64,000 bases of DNA from Paludibaculum sp. (GCA_029973955.1 JARKQJ010000249.1:19030-83029); one strand, 5' to 3'; positions 20,023 through 33,047 are shown, counted from the first letter of the stretch. Notes: generated from the letters alone by a model not told the origin. Made by a program: numbers and translations.

Positions 20023-21323
20023 GTTCGCGTGTATTGCCGGCGATGGAGTTGGTTGGCAGCGGGCGTCCGGTGCGTGTGTTGGCGTGGATCCTGATGGCGC
20101 TGCTGGCGGTGGTGGCGTTGGGTTTGGTGTTGACGCCTTGGCAGCAGAGCGTATCGGGGATGGGTCAGGTGTCAGCGCTGACGCCGCTGGAGCGGCAGCA
20201 GACGTTGAGCGCGCCCGTGGAAGGCAGGGTGCTGCAGTGGCACGTGACCGAGGGGTCGAAGGTGAAGAAGGGCGACCTCATTGTCGAACTGACGGACAAC
20301 GATCCGTTGATTCTGGATCGCATCCGAAACGAACGCGCCGCCATCGAAGAGCGGCGGATCAACGCGCAGGGGCGGGTGACTGCCCACGAAGACCGCCTGG
20401 ACAGGCTGGAAGACTCGCGCGTGAACGCAATCAGCGCTGCCCGGAGCCGCGTGCAGATGGCCGTAGACCGGATCGCGCAATCCGAGCAGGCGCTGACTGC
20501 TTCTGAAGAGCGGCTGACCGCGGCCAGGCTGAACATCGAGCGCCAGAAGAGCCTGCTGAAGAGCGGGCTGACGAGCCAGCGGACGGTGGAACTGGCGCAG
20601 CAGGAGTATGCAACGGCGGAGGCGGAAGTGCGGCGCGCGAAAGCGGCGCTGAGCGCGGCCCGCAACGAGAAGCAGGCGATTGACGACGATTTGAAGAAGG
20701 TGACCGCGGACGCGGAGGCGGCGGTGCAGGGCGAGCGCGCGACGCTGAACGCGGCGCGGGCGGAGGTGTCGAGCATTCGAGCCGAGATCGAGCGGATCAA
20801 CTCGCGGCTGGCGAAGCAGCAGACGCTGAACATCTATGCGCCGCGCGACGGCACGGTGCTGAGGCTGCTGGCGCAGCCAAACAGTGAGTTGCTGAAGAGC
20901 GGCGAGCCGGTGGTGCAGTTTGTGCCGGACGCCTACGATCCGACGGTGGAACTGTGGCTGAGCGGGAACGATATGCCGCTGGTGCACGCGGGCGATCCGG
21001 TGCGGCTGCAGTTCAACGGCTGGCCGGCGATCCAGTTTGTGGGCTGGCCGTCGGTGGCCGTGGGTACGTTCGGAGGGAAGGTGCAGATCGTGGACGCGAC
21101 GGACACGAAGGAAGGGAAGTTCCGCGTGCTGGTGGTGCCGGACGGGAAGGACGATGCCTGGCCTTCGTCGAACTACCTGCGGCAGGGCGTGCAGGCGAAG
21201 GGCTGGGTACTGCTGAGGCAGGTGCCGCTGGGCTGGGAGTTGTGGCGCCGGTTCAACGGATTCCCGCCGATCATCGCCGAAGACGAGACGGGAGTGAAGG
21301 GCGCGAAGGAGAAGAAGAAGTGA
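20019..21323 (+). CDS. HlyD-family membrane fusion protein
   Basis: TM anchor, PWQQSVSG, lipoyl-like VTEGSKVKKGD, long coiled coil, VRLQFNGWPA; ATG overlaps the ABC stop. Confidence 0.92.
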   Translation: MSSRVLPAMELVGSGRPVRVLAWILMALLAVVALGLVLTPWQQSVSGMGQVSALTPLERQQTLSAPVEGRVLQWHVTEGSKVKKGDLIVELTDNDPLILDRIRNERAAIEERRINAQGRVTAHEDRLDRLEDSRVNAISAARSRVQMAVDRIAQSEQALTASEERLTAARLNIERQKSLLKSGLTSQRTVELAQQEYATAEAEVRRAKAALSAARNEKQAIDDDLKKVTADAEAAVQGERATLNAARAEVSSIRAEIERINSRLAKQQTLNIYAPRDGTVLRLLAQPNSELLKSGEPVVQFVPDAYDPTVELWLSGNDMPLVHAGDPVRLQFNGWPAIQFVGWPSVAVGTFGGKVQIVDATDTKEGKFRVLVVPDGKDDAWPSSNYLRQGVQAKGWVLLRQVPLGWELWRRFNGFPPIIAEDETGVKGAKEKKK

Positions 21324-22720
21324 GAGGCGCATGGTGGTTGATGACGCTGCTGCCGCTGGCGGCGTCCGGGCAGCAGCAGTCCGTTGCGCCGATGAAACTG
21401 GAAGATGTACTGGCGTCCGTGGAGAAGCACTATCCGCCGCTGCTGATCGCGCTGCAGGACAAGGTGGTGGCCGACGCCGATGTGACGGCGGCCGAGGGCA
21501 AGTTCGACCTTGCGCTGAAAGGCGGCTATGACGGCGACTATCTGGGCAATTACCGGAACGACGTCTACCGCGCGGGGGTGGAGCAGTATTCGCAGTTTCA
21601 GGGCATGCAGTACTTCGCGGGCTACTCGCTGGGACAGGGCTCGTTCCCATCGTACGAGGGCAAGCAGAAGACGGACGCGTCCGGCGAGTACAAGGTGGGG
21701 ATGAAGATGCCGGTGTTTCGCGACCGGGAGACCGACTCGCGCCGGGCGGACCTGAAGAAGGCGGTGATCGGGCGGCGCATTGCGGAGTTGGGCGTGGACC
21801 AGCAGCGGCTGCTGATCGTGCAGCTCGCCACGCGGCGCTACTACGACTGGATTGCGGCCGGGCGGCGCTTCGAGATCGCGCGCGGCGTGCTGAAGACAGC
21901 GGAGGCGCGCGACGCGCAGCTCAAAGAGGCCGCGAGGCTGGGCCAGATTCCGGCGATCGACGTGACGGACAACCAGAAGGCGATTCGCACGCGGCGGGCG
22001 CAGGTGATTGAAGCGGAGCGGGGCCTGATGCAGGCGGCGATCGAGCTGTCGCTGTACTACCGCAATGCCGAGGGGCAGCCCCTGCTGCCGCCGGCGCAGA
22101 TGCTGCCCGGGGCCTTCCCGGGCATGCAGACGATCGAGGCCAGCCGCTTACAGGACGACATCGATCTGGCCATCAAGCGACGGCCGGAGATCCGCCGCTT
22201 TCAGGAGCAGCGCGGGCAGGTGGAGGTGGACCGCAAGCTGGCGCAGAACCAGTTGCTGCCGGGCGTGGACGTGGTGTTGAGCTACACGCGGCAGACGGGC
22301 GAGAGGGAAGTGGCGCGCGGGCCCAACGACCTGGTGGCGGCGCTGGTGTTCGACATGCCGGCGCAGCGGCGCGCGGCGAAGGGGAAAGAGCGGTCCGCGC
22401 TGGCCAGGATCGAGCAGTTCGACCAGCGCGAGCGATTTGCGCGCGATCAGGTAACGGCGGAGGTGCGGGATGCCTATTCGGCCTTGCAGGCGGCCTACGA
22501 GCGGGCCAAGGTGCTGCGCGAAGAGGTGGAGATTACGGAGCAACTGGAGACCGCCGAGCGTGTGCGCTTTGAGCTGGGCGAGGGCACTCTGTTCCTCGTG
22601 AACCTGCGCGAGCAGGCCACTTTCGACACCGCCTTGCGGGAAGTGGCGGCGGTGAACGAGTACTTCCGGGCGCTGGCTTTGTATGATTTTTCCGTGGCTG
22701 AGGCGCTGCGCAGGAAGTAA
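21320..22720 (+). CDS. TolC-family outer membrane protein
   Basis: Signal peptide after a GTG overlapping the HlyD stop; AEGKFD, AIKRRPE, RFELGEGTLFLVNLRE. Confidence 0.9.
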   Translation: MRGAWWLMTLLPLAASGQQQSVAPMKLEDVLASVEKHYPPLLIALQDKVVADADVTAAEGKFDLALKGGYDGDYLGNYRNDVYRAGVEQYSQFQGMQYFAGYSLGQGSFPSYEGKQKTDASGEYKVGMKMPVFRDRETDSRRADLKKAVIGRRIAELGVDQQRLLIVQLATRRYYDWIAAGRRFEIARGVLKTAEARDAQLKEAARLGQIPAIDVTDNQKAIRTRRAQVIEAERGLMQAAIELSLYYRNAEGQPLLPPAQMLPGAFPGMQTIEASRLQDDIDLAIKRRPEIRRFQEQRGQVEVDRKLAQNQLLPGVDVVLSYTRQTGEREVARGPNDLVAALVFDMPAQRRAAKGKERSALARIEQFDQRERFARDQVTAEVRDAYSALQAAYERAKVLREEVEITEQLETAERVRFELGEGTLFLVNLREQATFDTALREVAAVNEYFRALALYDFSVAEALRRK

Positions 22721-22741
22721 CGGGCCTGATAGTCTCTCCTC

Positions 22742-23911
22742 ATGGAAGGACTGTTGCTGGCGGCGCTGGTGGTGGCATCGAACTTCGAGGGTGGGAGTGT
22801 GGGCAAGGTGGAGCAGGTGGCGGCGAATCACCTGCGCTGTGCGGTGAAAGGGCAAGCCGACGCCAACCACCGCAACCGTCAGGCGAACTGGTATTTCTTC
22901 CGCATCGACGGGTTGAAGCGGGAGCCCGTGCGGATCGACTTCACGGAGCTGTCAGGCGAGTACAACTTCAAGCCTGGTTCGCATGCGGTGACGGCGGGCA
23001 CGCGGCCGGTGTACAGCTACGACCGCAAGACGTGGCGGCACTTCGCGGACGATCAGGTGACCTGGGACGAAGCGGCGACGGTGCTGACGGTGCGGTTCCG
23101 GCCGGAGGGAGATCAGGTGTGGATCGCGCACACGCAGCCGTATCTGCGAGAGGATCTGCAGCGGTTGCTGGAGTTGCGGCATCCACATCTGAGTGTCTCC
23201 ACCATCGCGCGCTCGGCGCACGGGCGGGAGGTTCCGCTGCTGACGATCACGGATGCGGCCGCCGGCGAGAGAGACAAGCGCAGCATCTGGGTGATGGCGC
23301 GGCAGCATGCCTGGGAGACGGGCACGAGCTATGTGGCGGATGGGCTGGTGCGGTTCCTGTTGTCGAATGCGGAGGCGGCGCGGCGGCTGCGGCGGGAGAA
23401 CGTGTTCCAGGTGATTCCGATTTTCGATACCGATGGGGTGGCCGAGGGCGCGGTGCGGTTCAACGTGAACGGCTATGACAACAACCGCAATTGGGACACA
23501 GCCGATGCGGAGAAGACGCCGGAGATCTTCGCGGTGCGGCGGGCGCTGGAGCAGGCGGGGCGGATCGATCTGTTTCTGGCGCTGCACAATACTGAGTCGG
23601 CCGATTATGTGGACGGGCCGGCGGACGCGGTGGCGGCGGAACTGGTGCGTGGATTGAGGGCTGGGACCGATTTTCTGGATGCGGCGTCGCCGCGCGCGGT
23701 GACGCCGCGGGAGTCCATCGATCCGGGGCGCATGACGGTGAACCAGTACTTGTACTATCAGCAGAAGGTGCGCGCGTACCTGATGGAACTGCGCGTGGAG
23801 CGCCACCCGGCGTTGGGCCGGCCGCGGACGGCGGCGGATTTCTCGTCATTCGGCGCCGGGCTGGCCAGGAGCCTGGCCGCCGCGGTATCGGGGACTGGAG
23901 GTAAACCATGA
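22742..23911 (+). CDS. M14-family zinc carboxypeptidase with a cytosolic-carboxypeptidase-like N-domain
   Basis: SNFEGG, NWYFFRI, ARQHAWE (HxxE), DNNRNW, FLALH. Confidence 0.85.
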   Translation: MEGLLLAALVVASNFEGGSVGKVEQVAANHLRCAVKGQADANHRNRQANWYFFRIDGLKREPVRIDFTELSGEYNFKPGSHAVTAGTRPVYSYDRKTWRHFADDQVTWDEAATVLTVRFRPEGDQVWIAHTQPYLREDLQRLLELRHPHLSVSTIARSAHGREVPLLTITDAAAGERDKRSIWVMARQHAWETGTSYVADGLVRFLLSNAEAARRLRRENVFQVIPIFDTDGVAEGAVRFNVNGYDNNRNWDTADAEKTPEIFAVRRALEQAGRIDLFLALHNTESADYVDGPADAVAAELVRGLRAGTDFLDAASPRAVTPRESIDPGRMTVNQYLYYQQKVRAYLMELRVERHPALGRPRTAADFSSFGAGLARSLAAAVSGTGGKP

Positions 23912-24396
23912 AGGCTCACGAGATGGATCCGTATGAAGGCCTGTGGCAAGGCTACGCGGGAGAGTGGCTGCACGTAGCGCGGCATCTCACCGCGCTGGCG
24001 GAGGCCATCCCGGAGCACCGGTATGGGTGGCGGCCGGCGGAGGAGAGCCGCTCAGTGAGCGAGGCGATCAACCACATCACGCTGGCCAACTTCTATCTGC
24101 TGCATTTTGCGGGGGAGGCCCTGCCGGCTGAACTCGACTGGAAGCAGATGGAGAAGGCGGTGACGGCCAAGGAAGAGGTGCTGGGGTGGCTGCGGCGCTC
24201 GCTGGCGGCAGTGGATGCGGCGAGGACAGTGGCGACTCCGGAGGGGCTGGCGGCGGAGCGGACGATTCTGGGGCGCGCGGCCACGGTGGATGGGATCCAT
24301 CTGCGGATTCTGGTGCACGCCAACGAGCACCTGGGGCAGTTGGTGGCCTATGCGCGCTGCATTGGAATTGTGCCACCCTGGTCCTCATCACAATAA
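23908..24396 (+). CDS. DinB-family protein
   Basis: LAEAIPE..YGWRP, RSVSE..NHI, HANEHLGQLVAYAR..GIVPPWS. Confidence 0.88.
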   Translation: MKAHEMDPYEGLWQGYAGEWLHVARHLTALAEAIPEHRYGWRPAEESRSVSEAINHITLANFYLLHFAGEALPAELDWKQMEKAVTAKEEVLGWLRRSLAAVDAARTVATPEGLAAERTILGRAATVDGIHLRILVHANEHLGQLVAYARCIGIVPPWSSSQ

Positions 24397-24424
24397 GAAC
24401 CGATCACCCGGAGGGAATGGACTC

Positions 24425-25258
24425 ATGAGACAGTTCGTTACGGCAGGAGCGGCCCTGCTTGCTTGCCTTGCGCCCGCCCTGATGGGCGCTGACGCGCCGC
24501 CGAAGATCGAAGAGATCCGCGGGAAGAGCATCCTGCTATTCACGCCGCATCCGGACGACGACGCGTTCTGCTGCGGCGGCACGCTGGCACTGCTGGCGAA
24601 GAACGGGAACACGGTGCGGATCGTCATCTACACGAACGACGACAAGGGCTCCTATGACCTGGAGATGACGGGCGAGCGGCTGGCGCGCATCCGGAAGGCG
24701 GAGGAGGAAGAGGGCAATCGGATTCTCGGCATTCCGAAGGAAAACATCCTGTGGCTGGGCCATCACGACGGGCTGCTGGAGTATGTCGATGCGCGGCGGC
24801 TGGTGGAGCAGGCGACGGAGGTGATCCGGCGCTACCGGCCGGACATCGTGATGACGGTGGACCCGGGCGCGGAGTACGTGCGCTGGCACAAGACGGATCA
24901 CCGCATGGCGGCGATGAACACTCTGGACGCGATTCGCGCGGCGGAGTTTCACCTATACTTCCCGAATCAGCGGCTGCAGCAGGGGTTGGAGCCGTGGAAG
25001 GTGCCGGCGATGCTGTTTTTCTATGTGACGGAGAGAGACGCCAATGTGTGGGTGAACATCGACTCCGTGATGGACAAGAAAGAAGCGGCGGGTCTGGCGC
25101 ACGTGAGCCAGTGGGAGCCGGCGATGCACAAGTACCGCCCGGACTGGACGCCGGCCGACAAGGAGAAGGCGCGCGCCGAGTTGCACACGATCATCCAGCG
25201 GAAGAACGGCCACTGGGTGGAGGCCTTCCGCTGGGCTACTGAGTTCAACCAGTACTAG
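24425..25258 (+). CDS. PIG-L/LmbE-family de-N-acetylase with a signal peptide
   Basis: PHPDDD, CGGTLA, TNDDKGS, RKAEEE, HKTDH. Confidence 0.9.
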   Translation: MRQFVTAGAALLACLAPALMGADAPPKIEEIRGKSILLFTPHPDDDAFCCGGTLALLAKNGNTVRIVIYTNDDKGSYDLEMTGERLARIRKAEEEEGNRILGIPKENILWLGHHDGLLEYVDARRLVEQATEVIRRYRPDIVMTVDPGAEYVRWHKTDHRMAAMNTLDAIRAAEFHLYFPNQRLQQGLEPWKVPAMLFFYVTERDANVWVNIDSVMDKKEAAGLAHVSQWEPAMHKYRPDWTPADKEKARAELHTIIQRKNGHWVEAFRWATEFNQY

Positions 25259-26346
25259 ACTTTGAGATACCAGCCCTTGCGGTGCATGGCCCAGGCGAAG
25301 CAGAAGACGAAGAGCGTGTAGGCCACCGCATAGAGGGCGGAAGCCATGTGGGGGGATGCGAGCGGCACGAAGACGGCCTGATAGATCGCCTTCTGCCAGT
25401 GCGTGAGGTCGAGGATGGAGGAGAGCAGTTCGGCGAACATGTAGACGGCGATGGCGTTCATGCCGAAGATGATGAAGGGCCTGGCCCAGCGGCGGTAGCC
25501 GAGGTGGTCGACGAACCAGAGGGAGAGGGCGAACATCACGAAGTCGAGGCCGCCCATGAAGAGGGCGAAAGAACTGGTCCAGAGTTTCTTGTTGATGGGC
25601 AGCCAGGCGTCGCAGACGAGACCGGCGGCGATGAGGAGATTGCCGGCGACGAACATCCAGACGACGCGTTCCTGGAGGTCCTTCTTCATGCGGAGGATGT
25701 GGCCGGCCATAACGCCGAGCAGGGCGGTGGCGAGGGCGGGGATGGTGCTGACGATGCCTTCGGGATCCCAGGTTTGGGTGTGGCGGTAGTTGTGGCTGCC
25801 GAGGACGATGCGATCGACGTAATGGGCGAGGTTGCCTTCGACGTCGAGGCGGCCGGGCCCGTAGCCGGGTACAGGCACTAGCGTCATCAACATCCAATAA
25901 GACGCGAGGAGGCCGGCGATCCAGAGGACCTGCCCGCGGATCTTCGTGGTGAGGTAGATGGCCGACGCCAGCAGGTAGCAGATGGCGATCCGCTGCAGCA
26001 CGCCGAGGAGGCGCATGGTGGGGAGGTGGAAGTAGGGGAAGGCGTAGACGATGAGACCGAGCCCGTAGATAATGGCGGCGCGGCGGACGACGTTGCGGAA
26101 GAGTTCCAGCCTGGATGCGCCCGCGGAGACGCGCTTGGCGAGCGAGAGCGTGATGGCGACGCCGACGATCCAGAGGAACGAGGGGAACACGACGTCTGTG
26201 AGGGTCCAGCCGTGCCACTCGGCGTGTTCGAGCGGACCGTAGACATGGGCGCCGTCGCCGGCATCGTTCACGAGGACCATGAGGGCGATGGTTGCGCCGC
26301 GGAAAGCGTCGAGGGAGACGAGGCGGGAAGAGGTGGATTCGGCCAT
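25255..26346 (-). CDS. Heparan-alpha-glucosaminide N-acetyltransferase-like membrane acyltransferase (HGSNAT/NagX family)
   Basis: RLVSLDAFRG, LEHAEWHG, DVVFPSF, GVLQRIA, DPEG, PINKKLWTSSF. Confidence 0.9.
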   Translation of the reverse strand: MAESTSSRLVSLDAFRGATIALMVLVNDAGDGAHVYGPLEHAEWHGWTLTDVVFPSFLWIVGVAITLSLAKRVSAGASRLELFRNVVRRAAIIYGLGLIVYAFPYFHLPTMRLLGVLQRIAICYLLASAIYLTTKIRGQVLWIAGLLASYWMLMTLVPVPGYGPGRLDVEGNLAHYVDRIVLGSHNYRHTQTWDPEGIVSTIPALATALLGVMAGHILRMKKDLQERVVWMFVAGNLLIAAGLVCDAWLPINKKLWTSSFALFMGGLDFVMFALSLWFVDHLGYRRWARPFIIFGMNAIAVYMFAELLSSILDLTHWQKAIYQAVFVPLASPHMASALYAVAYTLFVFCFAWAMHRKGWYLKV

Positions 26347-26348
26347 GG

Positions 26349-27568
26349 TTATTCGTAGCGCAGGGTTTCGACGGGCGTGATGGCGGTGGCGGCGCGGGCC
26401 GGATACAAGCTTGCCAGAAATGCGACGCCGAGTGCAGCCGCGGCGATCCAAAGGGCGTCCGCGGGGCGCGGTTCAAAGGGCACGTAGGAGAGAGAGTAGA
26501 TCTCTTCATCCAGGGCGATCCAATGGAAGTGGCCGGCGAGGTAGCTGAGGGTATATCCGGCGACGAGGCCGAGAGCGACACCGGCGGTGGCGATCATGAG
26601 GCCTTGCGTGACGAAAATACGGGCGATTTGCTGGCGGCGGGCGCCCATGGAGAGGAGCACGGCGATGTCGCGGCGCTTCTCCATGACGCTCATGAAGAGG
26701 GCGGTGAGGATGTTGAGCGCGGCGACGAGCTGGATGAGCGAGATGGTGACCAGCGAGACGGCGCGTTCCATCTTGAGGGCGTTGAGCAACTGGCGGTTCT
26801 GCTCCATCCAGTGCGTGGCGCCGAGGCCCGGGCCGGCGGCAGCTTCGGCTGCTTTGGCGACATCGGGGGCCGCTTCCACGTCGTCGAGCTTGAGCTCGAT
26901 GGCGTTGACGACGTCGGGCGTGGCAAAGACGCGCTGGGCGTTTTCGACGGTGGTGAAGGCGAACTGGTTGTCCAGGTCGTAGAAGCCCGATTCGTAAAGG
27001 GCCGCGACGCGGAAGCGGAACTCCTTGGGGCGAATGCCGAAGGGGCTCATCTCGCCCTGAGGGGAGAGGAGGCGGACGACATCGCCGGGGCGCATGCCGA
27101 TGCGGCGGGCGAGCTGCGAGCCGAGGATGACGCCGGGCAGGCCGCGCTGGTCCTCGAGATTCGAGACGCTGCCCGCTCTGATGTGGGCGGAGAACTCAGC
27201 GGAGTTCAGACGCATGCCCTTGAGGGTGGCTTCGGCGGACTGCATCGGGCCGGAGGCCATCACCTTGCCGTAGAGCGCTGGGGAGGACTCACGCACGCCG
27301 CGCAGCTTGGCCAGCCTGGATGAGATCTCGCGCCAGTTGGAGATGCCCGTGGAGGGCTCCTTTTCGAGCACGACCACATGCGGAGTGGCCCCGAGCAGGC
27401 TGGATTCCAGCGAAGAGCGAAAGCCGTTGTTGATGGCGAGCGCGATCACGAGCGCCATGACGCCGGCGGCGACGCCGAGCACGGAGACGGCGGTGACAAG
27501 CGAGATCACCGCCTGGCGGTGCTTCGCCTTGAGGTAGCGCGCGGCGACGAAGGTCTCGAATGCGTGGG

Positions 27569-27572
<4 letters not shown>
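26349..27572 (-). CDS. Lipoprotein-releasing ABC transporter permease, LolC/E family
   Basis: [55 protein letters not shown]. Confidence 0.9.
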
Positions 27573-29077
<1,505 letters not shown>

Positions 29078-29117
29078 GAGCAACTCCTAGGGGAAACCTT
29101 CATTATAATGGGGTGGC

Positions 29118-29843
29118 TTGCAGTCCATAACGATTGTCATCCCTGCCTATAACGAAGAATCGCGCCTGCCGGCCACGCTGCAGGCGGTGGGCAGATATCT
29201 GGATGGGAAGAGCTTCGCGTTCGCGGAGATCGTAGTGGTGGACGACGGCTCGCGCGATGGGACGGCGGCGGTGGTGGAAAAACACGCCCTGTCGGATCCA
29301 CGCATCCGGCTGCTGAAGAACCCGGGCAACCGCGGCAAGGGCTACGCGGTACGGCATGGAATGCAGGAGGCGCGCGGCGAGTGGGTGCTGTTCAGTGACG
29401 CCGACCTCTCCGCGCCGATCGAGGAACTGGACAGGCTGCAGGAGGCCATTGCGTTCGCTTCGGCCGATGGGGCGATCGGATCTCGGGCCTTGAACCGGAA
29501 GCTGGTGGGGAAGCGGCAGTCGGCGTTTCGCGAGTTCAGCGGCCGGGTGTTCAACCTGGCGATGCGGCTGGTGACAGGACTGCCTTACCGCGACACGCAA
29601 TGCGGATTCAAGATTTTCCGCCGGGATGTGGCGCAGTCGCTGGCCGCCGCGCAGCAATCAGACGGATTCGGCTTCGATGTCGAGATTCTCTATATCGCCA
29701 AGAAGCGGCGTTACAGGATCATCGAGGTCCCGGTTCGGTGGTTCAACGTGGAGGGGACGAAGGTGAGTCTCTGGAACGGCCTGGCCGCGTTCGCCGATCC
29801 GCTGCGAGTGCGCTGGAACGACATCAAGGGTCTCTACCGCTAG
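29118..29843 (+). CDS. GT2 polyprenol-phosphate glycosyltransferase (dolichyl-phosphate glucosyltransferase-like)
   Basis: [41 protein letters not shown]. Confidence 0.92.
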   Translation: MQSITIVIPAYNEESRLPATLQAVGRYLDGKSFAFAEIVVVDDGSRDGTAAVVEKHALSDPRIRLLKNPGNRGKGYAVRHGMQEARGEWVLFSDADLSAPIEELDRLQEAIAFASADGAIGSRALNRKLVGKRQSAFREFSGRVFNLAMRLVTGLPYRDTQCGFKIFRRDVAQSLAAAQQSDGFGFDVEILYIAKKRRYRIIEVPVRWFNVEGTKVSLWNGLAAFADPLRVRWNDIKGLYR

Positions 29844-29853
29844 GAGTTATTTC

Positions 29854-32235
29854 GTGAAAAGACGCACCGCACTGCAGGCAATCGTTGCCGGCGCCACCAA
29901 TTCCTTCGCCGCTCCGGCCGACACCGGGCTCTCCATCTGGTTTGATGCGCCGGCGGCGCATTTCAGCCAGTCCCTCCCCATCGGCAACGGCCGGTTGGGC
30001 GCCATGCTCTTCGGCGGCGTGGCGGAAGAACGAATCGTGCTGAACGAGATCTCGCTGTGGTCCGGCTCTCCTCAGGACGCGGATCGCCCGGGCGCGGCCA
30101 AGGTGCTGCCGGAGATCCGGCGGCTGCTGCTGGAAGGCAGGAACGCCGAAGCCGAGAAACTGCTGGCGGCGAATTTCATCTGCCAGGGGGCGGGTTCCGG
30201 GCACGGCAAGGGCAAGGATGTGCCCTACGGCTGCTATCAGATTCTCGCCAACCTGGTGCTGAAATTCGAAGGGCAATCCCAGCCGCGCGGCTACCGGCGG
30301 GAACTGGACCTTTCGCGCGCCGTGGCCCGCATGGAATATGAATCGAATGGCGTGAAGTACACGCGCGAAGCGTTTGCCAGCGCGCCGGATCAGGCGATTC
30401 TCTTCCGCCTCACTTCCAGCCGCAAGGGCGCCCTCTCTTTTGAAGCGCGCCTGGAGCGCCCGGAGAACGCCACCAGCGTCTCCGTGGGCACCTTTGGTCT
30501 GCAGCTTGCGGGCCAACTGAGCGACGGCAAGGGAGGCGGCGGGATGAAGTTCGCCGCGCGAGTGACGGCGGCCACCAGAGGCGGCAGCCTCACCTCATCC
30601 AACGGCGTGCTCAAAGTGCAGGGCGCGGACGAAGCCGTTCTCCTCATCACTGCCGCGACCAACTACCAGGGCTTCGCCGGGCGCCGGTCCAAGGACGCCG
30701 AAGCGGCCGCGGCCGCCGATGCGCAGGCCGCTTCCACCAAGCGCTATGCGGGTTTGCTGGCAGCCCACATCGCGGATTACAAAAGCTACTTCGATCGCGT
30801 AACGCTGGATCTCGGTCCGGGGAGTCCGCTGGCCACGCCGGCGCGCCTGAAAGCGGCCGCCGCGGGTACGCCCGATCCAGGCCTGGCCGCGCTCTACTAC
30901 CAGTACGGGCGCTACCTGCTGATCTCCTCTTCCCGGCCAGGCGGCCTGCCCGCCAACCTCCAGGGCCTCTGGGCGGAGGAACTGCAGACCCCTTGGAACG
31001 CCGACTACCACCTGGACATCAACGTTCAAATGAACTACTGGCCGGCGGGTTCCGGCGGACTCAGCGAGTTGCAGACGCCGCTCTTCGCACTGATCGAGTC
31101 TCTCGTCGGACCCGGCACCAAGACCGCCCAGACCTACTACAACGCGCGCGGCTGGGTGGCGCATGTCATCACCAACGTCTGGGGCTACACGTCGCCCGGA
31201 GAGGGCGCATCCTGGGGCGCCACCACCACCGGCTCCGCCTGGCTGTGCCAACACATCTGGGACCACTGGCTTTACACCCACGACCGCAAGTTCCTGGAGC
31301 GGGCCTACCCGGTGCTGAAGGGGTCCTCGCTCTTCTATTCCGATCTGCTGATCGAGGAGCCGTCGCACAAATGGCTGGTGACGGCGCCGGCCAACTCTCC
31401 CGAGAACTCCTTCCGCACGAAGGACGGCGCGCGGGCCAGCGTCTGCATGGGGCCGACGGTGGATATGCAGTTGCTGCGCTACCTGTTCGATGCCACCATC
31501 CAGGCCGCCACGCTGCTGGGAATCGATCCGGAATTCCGCGACGAGCTTTCGTACAAGAAGGAGCGCCTGGCCCCGAATCGCGTCGGCCCCGACGGCCGCC
31601 TGATGGAGTGGCTGGAGCCCTATGAGGAGCCTGAGCCGCACCACCGCCACGTCTCGCACATGTGGGGCGTCTATCCGGGGTCGGAGATCACGCTGGAGGA
31701 TACGCCGGAACTCGCGGCCGCCGCCAGGAAGGCGCTGGAGGGGCGCGGCGATCTCTCCACGGGCTGGTCCCTGGCGCACAAAATGAACATCTGGGCGCGG
31801 CTCGGAGACGGCGACCGCGCTCACAAGCTGCTCGGCCTGCTGCTGGCCCCCGTTGGCGTCAAGAGCACCGGCTTCAACATGACCAACGGCGGCGGCAGCT
31901 ACGACAACCTCTTCGACGCGCATCCGCCGTTCCAGATCGACGGCAACTTCGGAGGCGCGGCGGCGATCGCGGAGATGCTGCTGCAGAGCCATAACGGGGT
32001 GGTGCGGCTGCTGCCGGCGCTGCCGGCGGCGTGGCCGTCGGGCCGCGTGACCGGTCTCTGCGCCCGCGGCGGATTTGTCCTCGATCTGGAGTGGCGCAAC
32101 GGCGCACTCACCCAGGCGTACGTGCGCAGCCAGCTCGGCGGTACGCTGCAACTCGCCTACCGCGGCAAGAAGCAGGAGGTCGAGACGAAGAAGGCGGATC
32201 GCGTGCGGATCGCCCTGGACCGCTTCACGGCCTGA
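29854..32235 (+). CDS. Glycoside hydrolase family 95 (alpha-L-fucosidase-like), Tat-like signal
   Basis: [54 protein letters not shown]. Confidence 0.95.
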   Translation: MKRRTALQAIVAGATNSFAAPADTGLSIWFDAPAAHFSQSLPIGNGRLGAMLFGGVAEERIVLNEISLWSGSPQDADRPGAAKVLPEIRRLLLEGRNAEAEKLLAANFICQGAGSGHGKGKDVPYGCYQILANLVLKFEGQSQPRGYRRELDLSRAVARMEYESNGVKYTREAFASAPDQAILFRLTSSRKGALSFEARLERPENATSVSVGTFGLQLAGQLSDGKGGGGMKFAARVTAATRGGSLTSSNGVLKVQGADEAVLLITAATNYQGFAGRRSKDAEAAAAADAQAASTKRYAGLLAAHIADYKSYFDRVTLDLGPGSPLATPARLKAAAAGTPDPGLAALYYQYGRYLLISSSRPGGLPANLQGLWAEELQTPWNADYHLDINVQMNYWPAGSGGLSELQTPLFALIESLVGPGTKTAQTYYNARGWVAHVITNVWGYTSPGEGASWGATTTGSAWLCQHIWDHWLYTHDRKFLERAYPVLKGSSLFYSDLLIEEPSHKWLVTAPANSPENSFRTKDGARASVCMGPTVDMQLLRYLFDATIQAATLLGIDPEFRDELSYKKERLAPNRVGPDGRLMEWLEPYEEPEPHHRHVSHMWGVYPGSEITLEDTPELAAAARKALEGRGDLSTGWSLAHKMNIWARLGDGDRAHKLLGLLLAPVGVKSTGFNMTNGGGSYDNLFDAHPPFQIDGNFGGAAAIAEMLLQSHNGVVRLLPALPAAWPSGRVTGLCARGGFVLDLEWRNGALTQAYVRSQLGGTLQLAYRGKKQEVETKKADRVRIALDRFTA

Positions 32236-32294
32236 CCCCGCGGCGGCGGGCGCGAATCAGACGAAAGCCTCCGCAAACCAGCTAAACTAGGAGT

Positions 32295-33047
32295 ATGCGC
32301 ACTCCTCTGATGGCCGGCAACTGGAAGATGTTCAAGACGCCGGCGGAAACCAAAGACTTTTTCTCCAAGTTCCTCCCGCTGGTTGAGAAATCCACCCACG
32401 CGGACGTGGCCATCTGCCCCCCGTTCATCGATGTCCCGGCCGCTGTCGAAGCCGCACAGGGTTCGCGCGTCGGTGTCGGCGCCCAGAACTGCTACTGGCA
32501 GAACAAGGAAGGCGCATTCACCGGTGAGGTGACGCCGGCCATGCTCAAGGCCGCCGGCTGCACCTACGTCATCATCGGCCACTCCGAACGGCGCCAGTAC
32601 TTCGGCGAAACCGACGAGACCGTGATGCGGCGGACCAAGGCCGCCCTCGAAGCCGGGCTCACCCCGATCGTCTGCGTCGGCGAACTGCTGGCCGACCGCG
32701 AAGCGGGCAAGACGAACGACGTCCTCGGCACCCAGTTCGGCGGTGGCATCGCCGGCCTCTCCGCGGAAGAGTTGGCCAAAATCGTCATCGCCTATGAGCC
32801 CGTTTGGGCCATCGGCACCGGCAAGGTGGCGACGCCCGAGATCGCCGAAGACGCGCACAAGGTGATCCGGTCGCTGGTGGAAGCCAAGTTCGGCAAGTCC
32901 GCGGCGGACGCCGTCCGCATCCTGTACGGTGGCAGCGTGAAGCCCGACAATGTGAAGGGCCTCATGGCTCAGCCGGACATCGACGGCGCCCTCGTGGGCG
33001 GCGCGGCGCTGAAGGCGGAAGACTTCGCCGGCATCGTCAACTTCTAA
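32295..33047 (+). CDS. tpiA: Triosephosphate isomerase
   Basis: AGNWKM, GAFTGE, IGHSERR, AYEPVWAIGTG, YGGSV, GALVGGA. Confidence 0.99.
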   Translation: MRTPLMAGNWKMFKTPAETKDFFSKFLPLVEKSTHADVAICPPFIDVPAAVEAAQGSRVGVGAQNCYWQNKEGAFTGEVTPAMLKAAGCTYVIIGHSERRQYFGETDETVMRRTKAALEAGLTPIVCVGELLADREAGKTNDVLGTQFGGGIAGLSAEELAKIVIAYEPVWAIGTGKVATPEIAEDAHKVIRSLVEAKFGKSAADAVRILYGGSVKPDNVKGLMAQPDIDGALVGGAALKAEDFAGIVNF

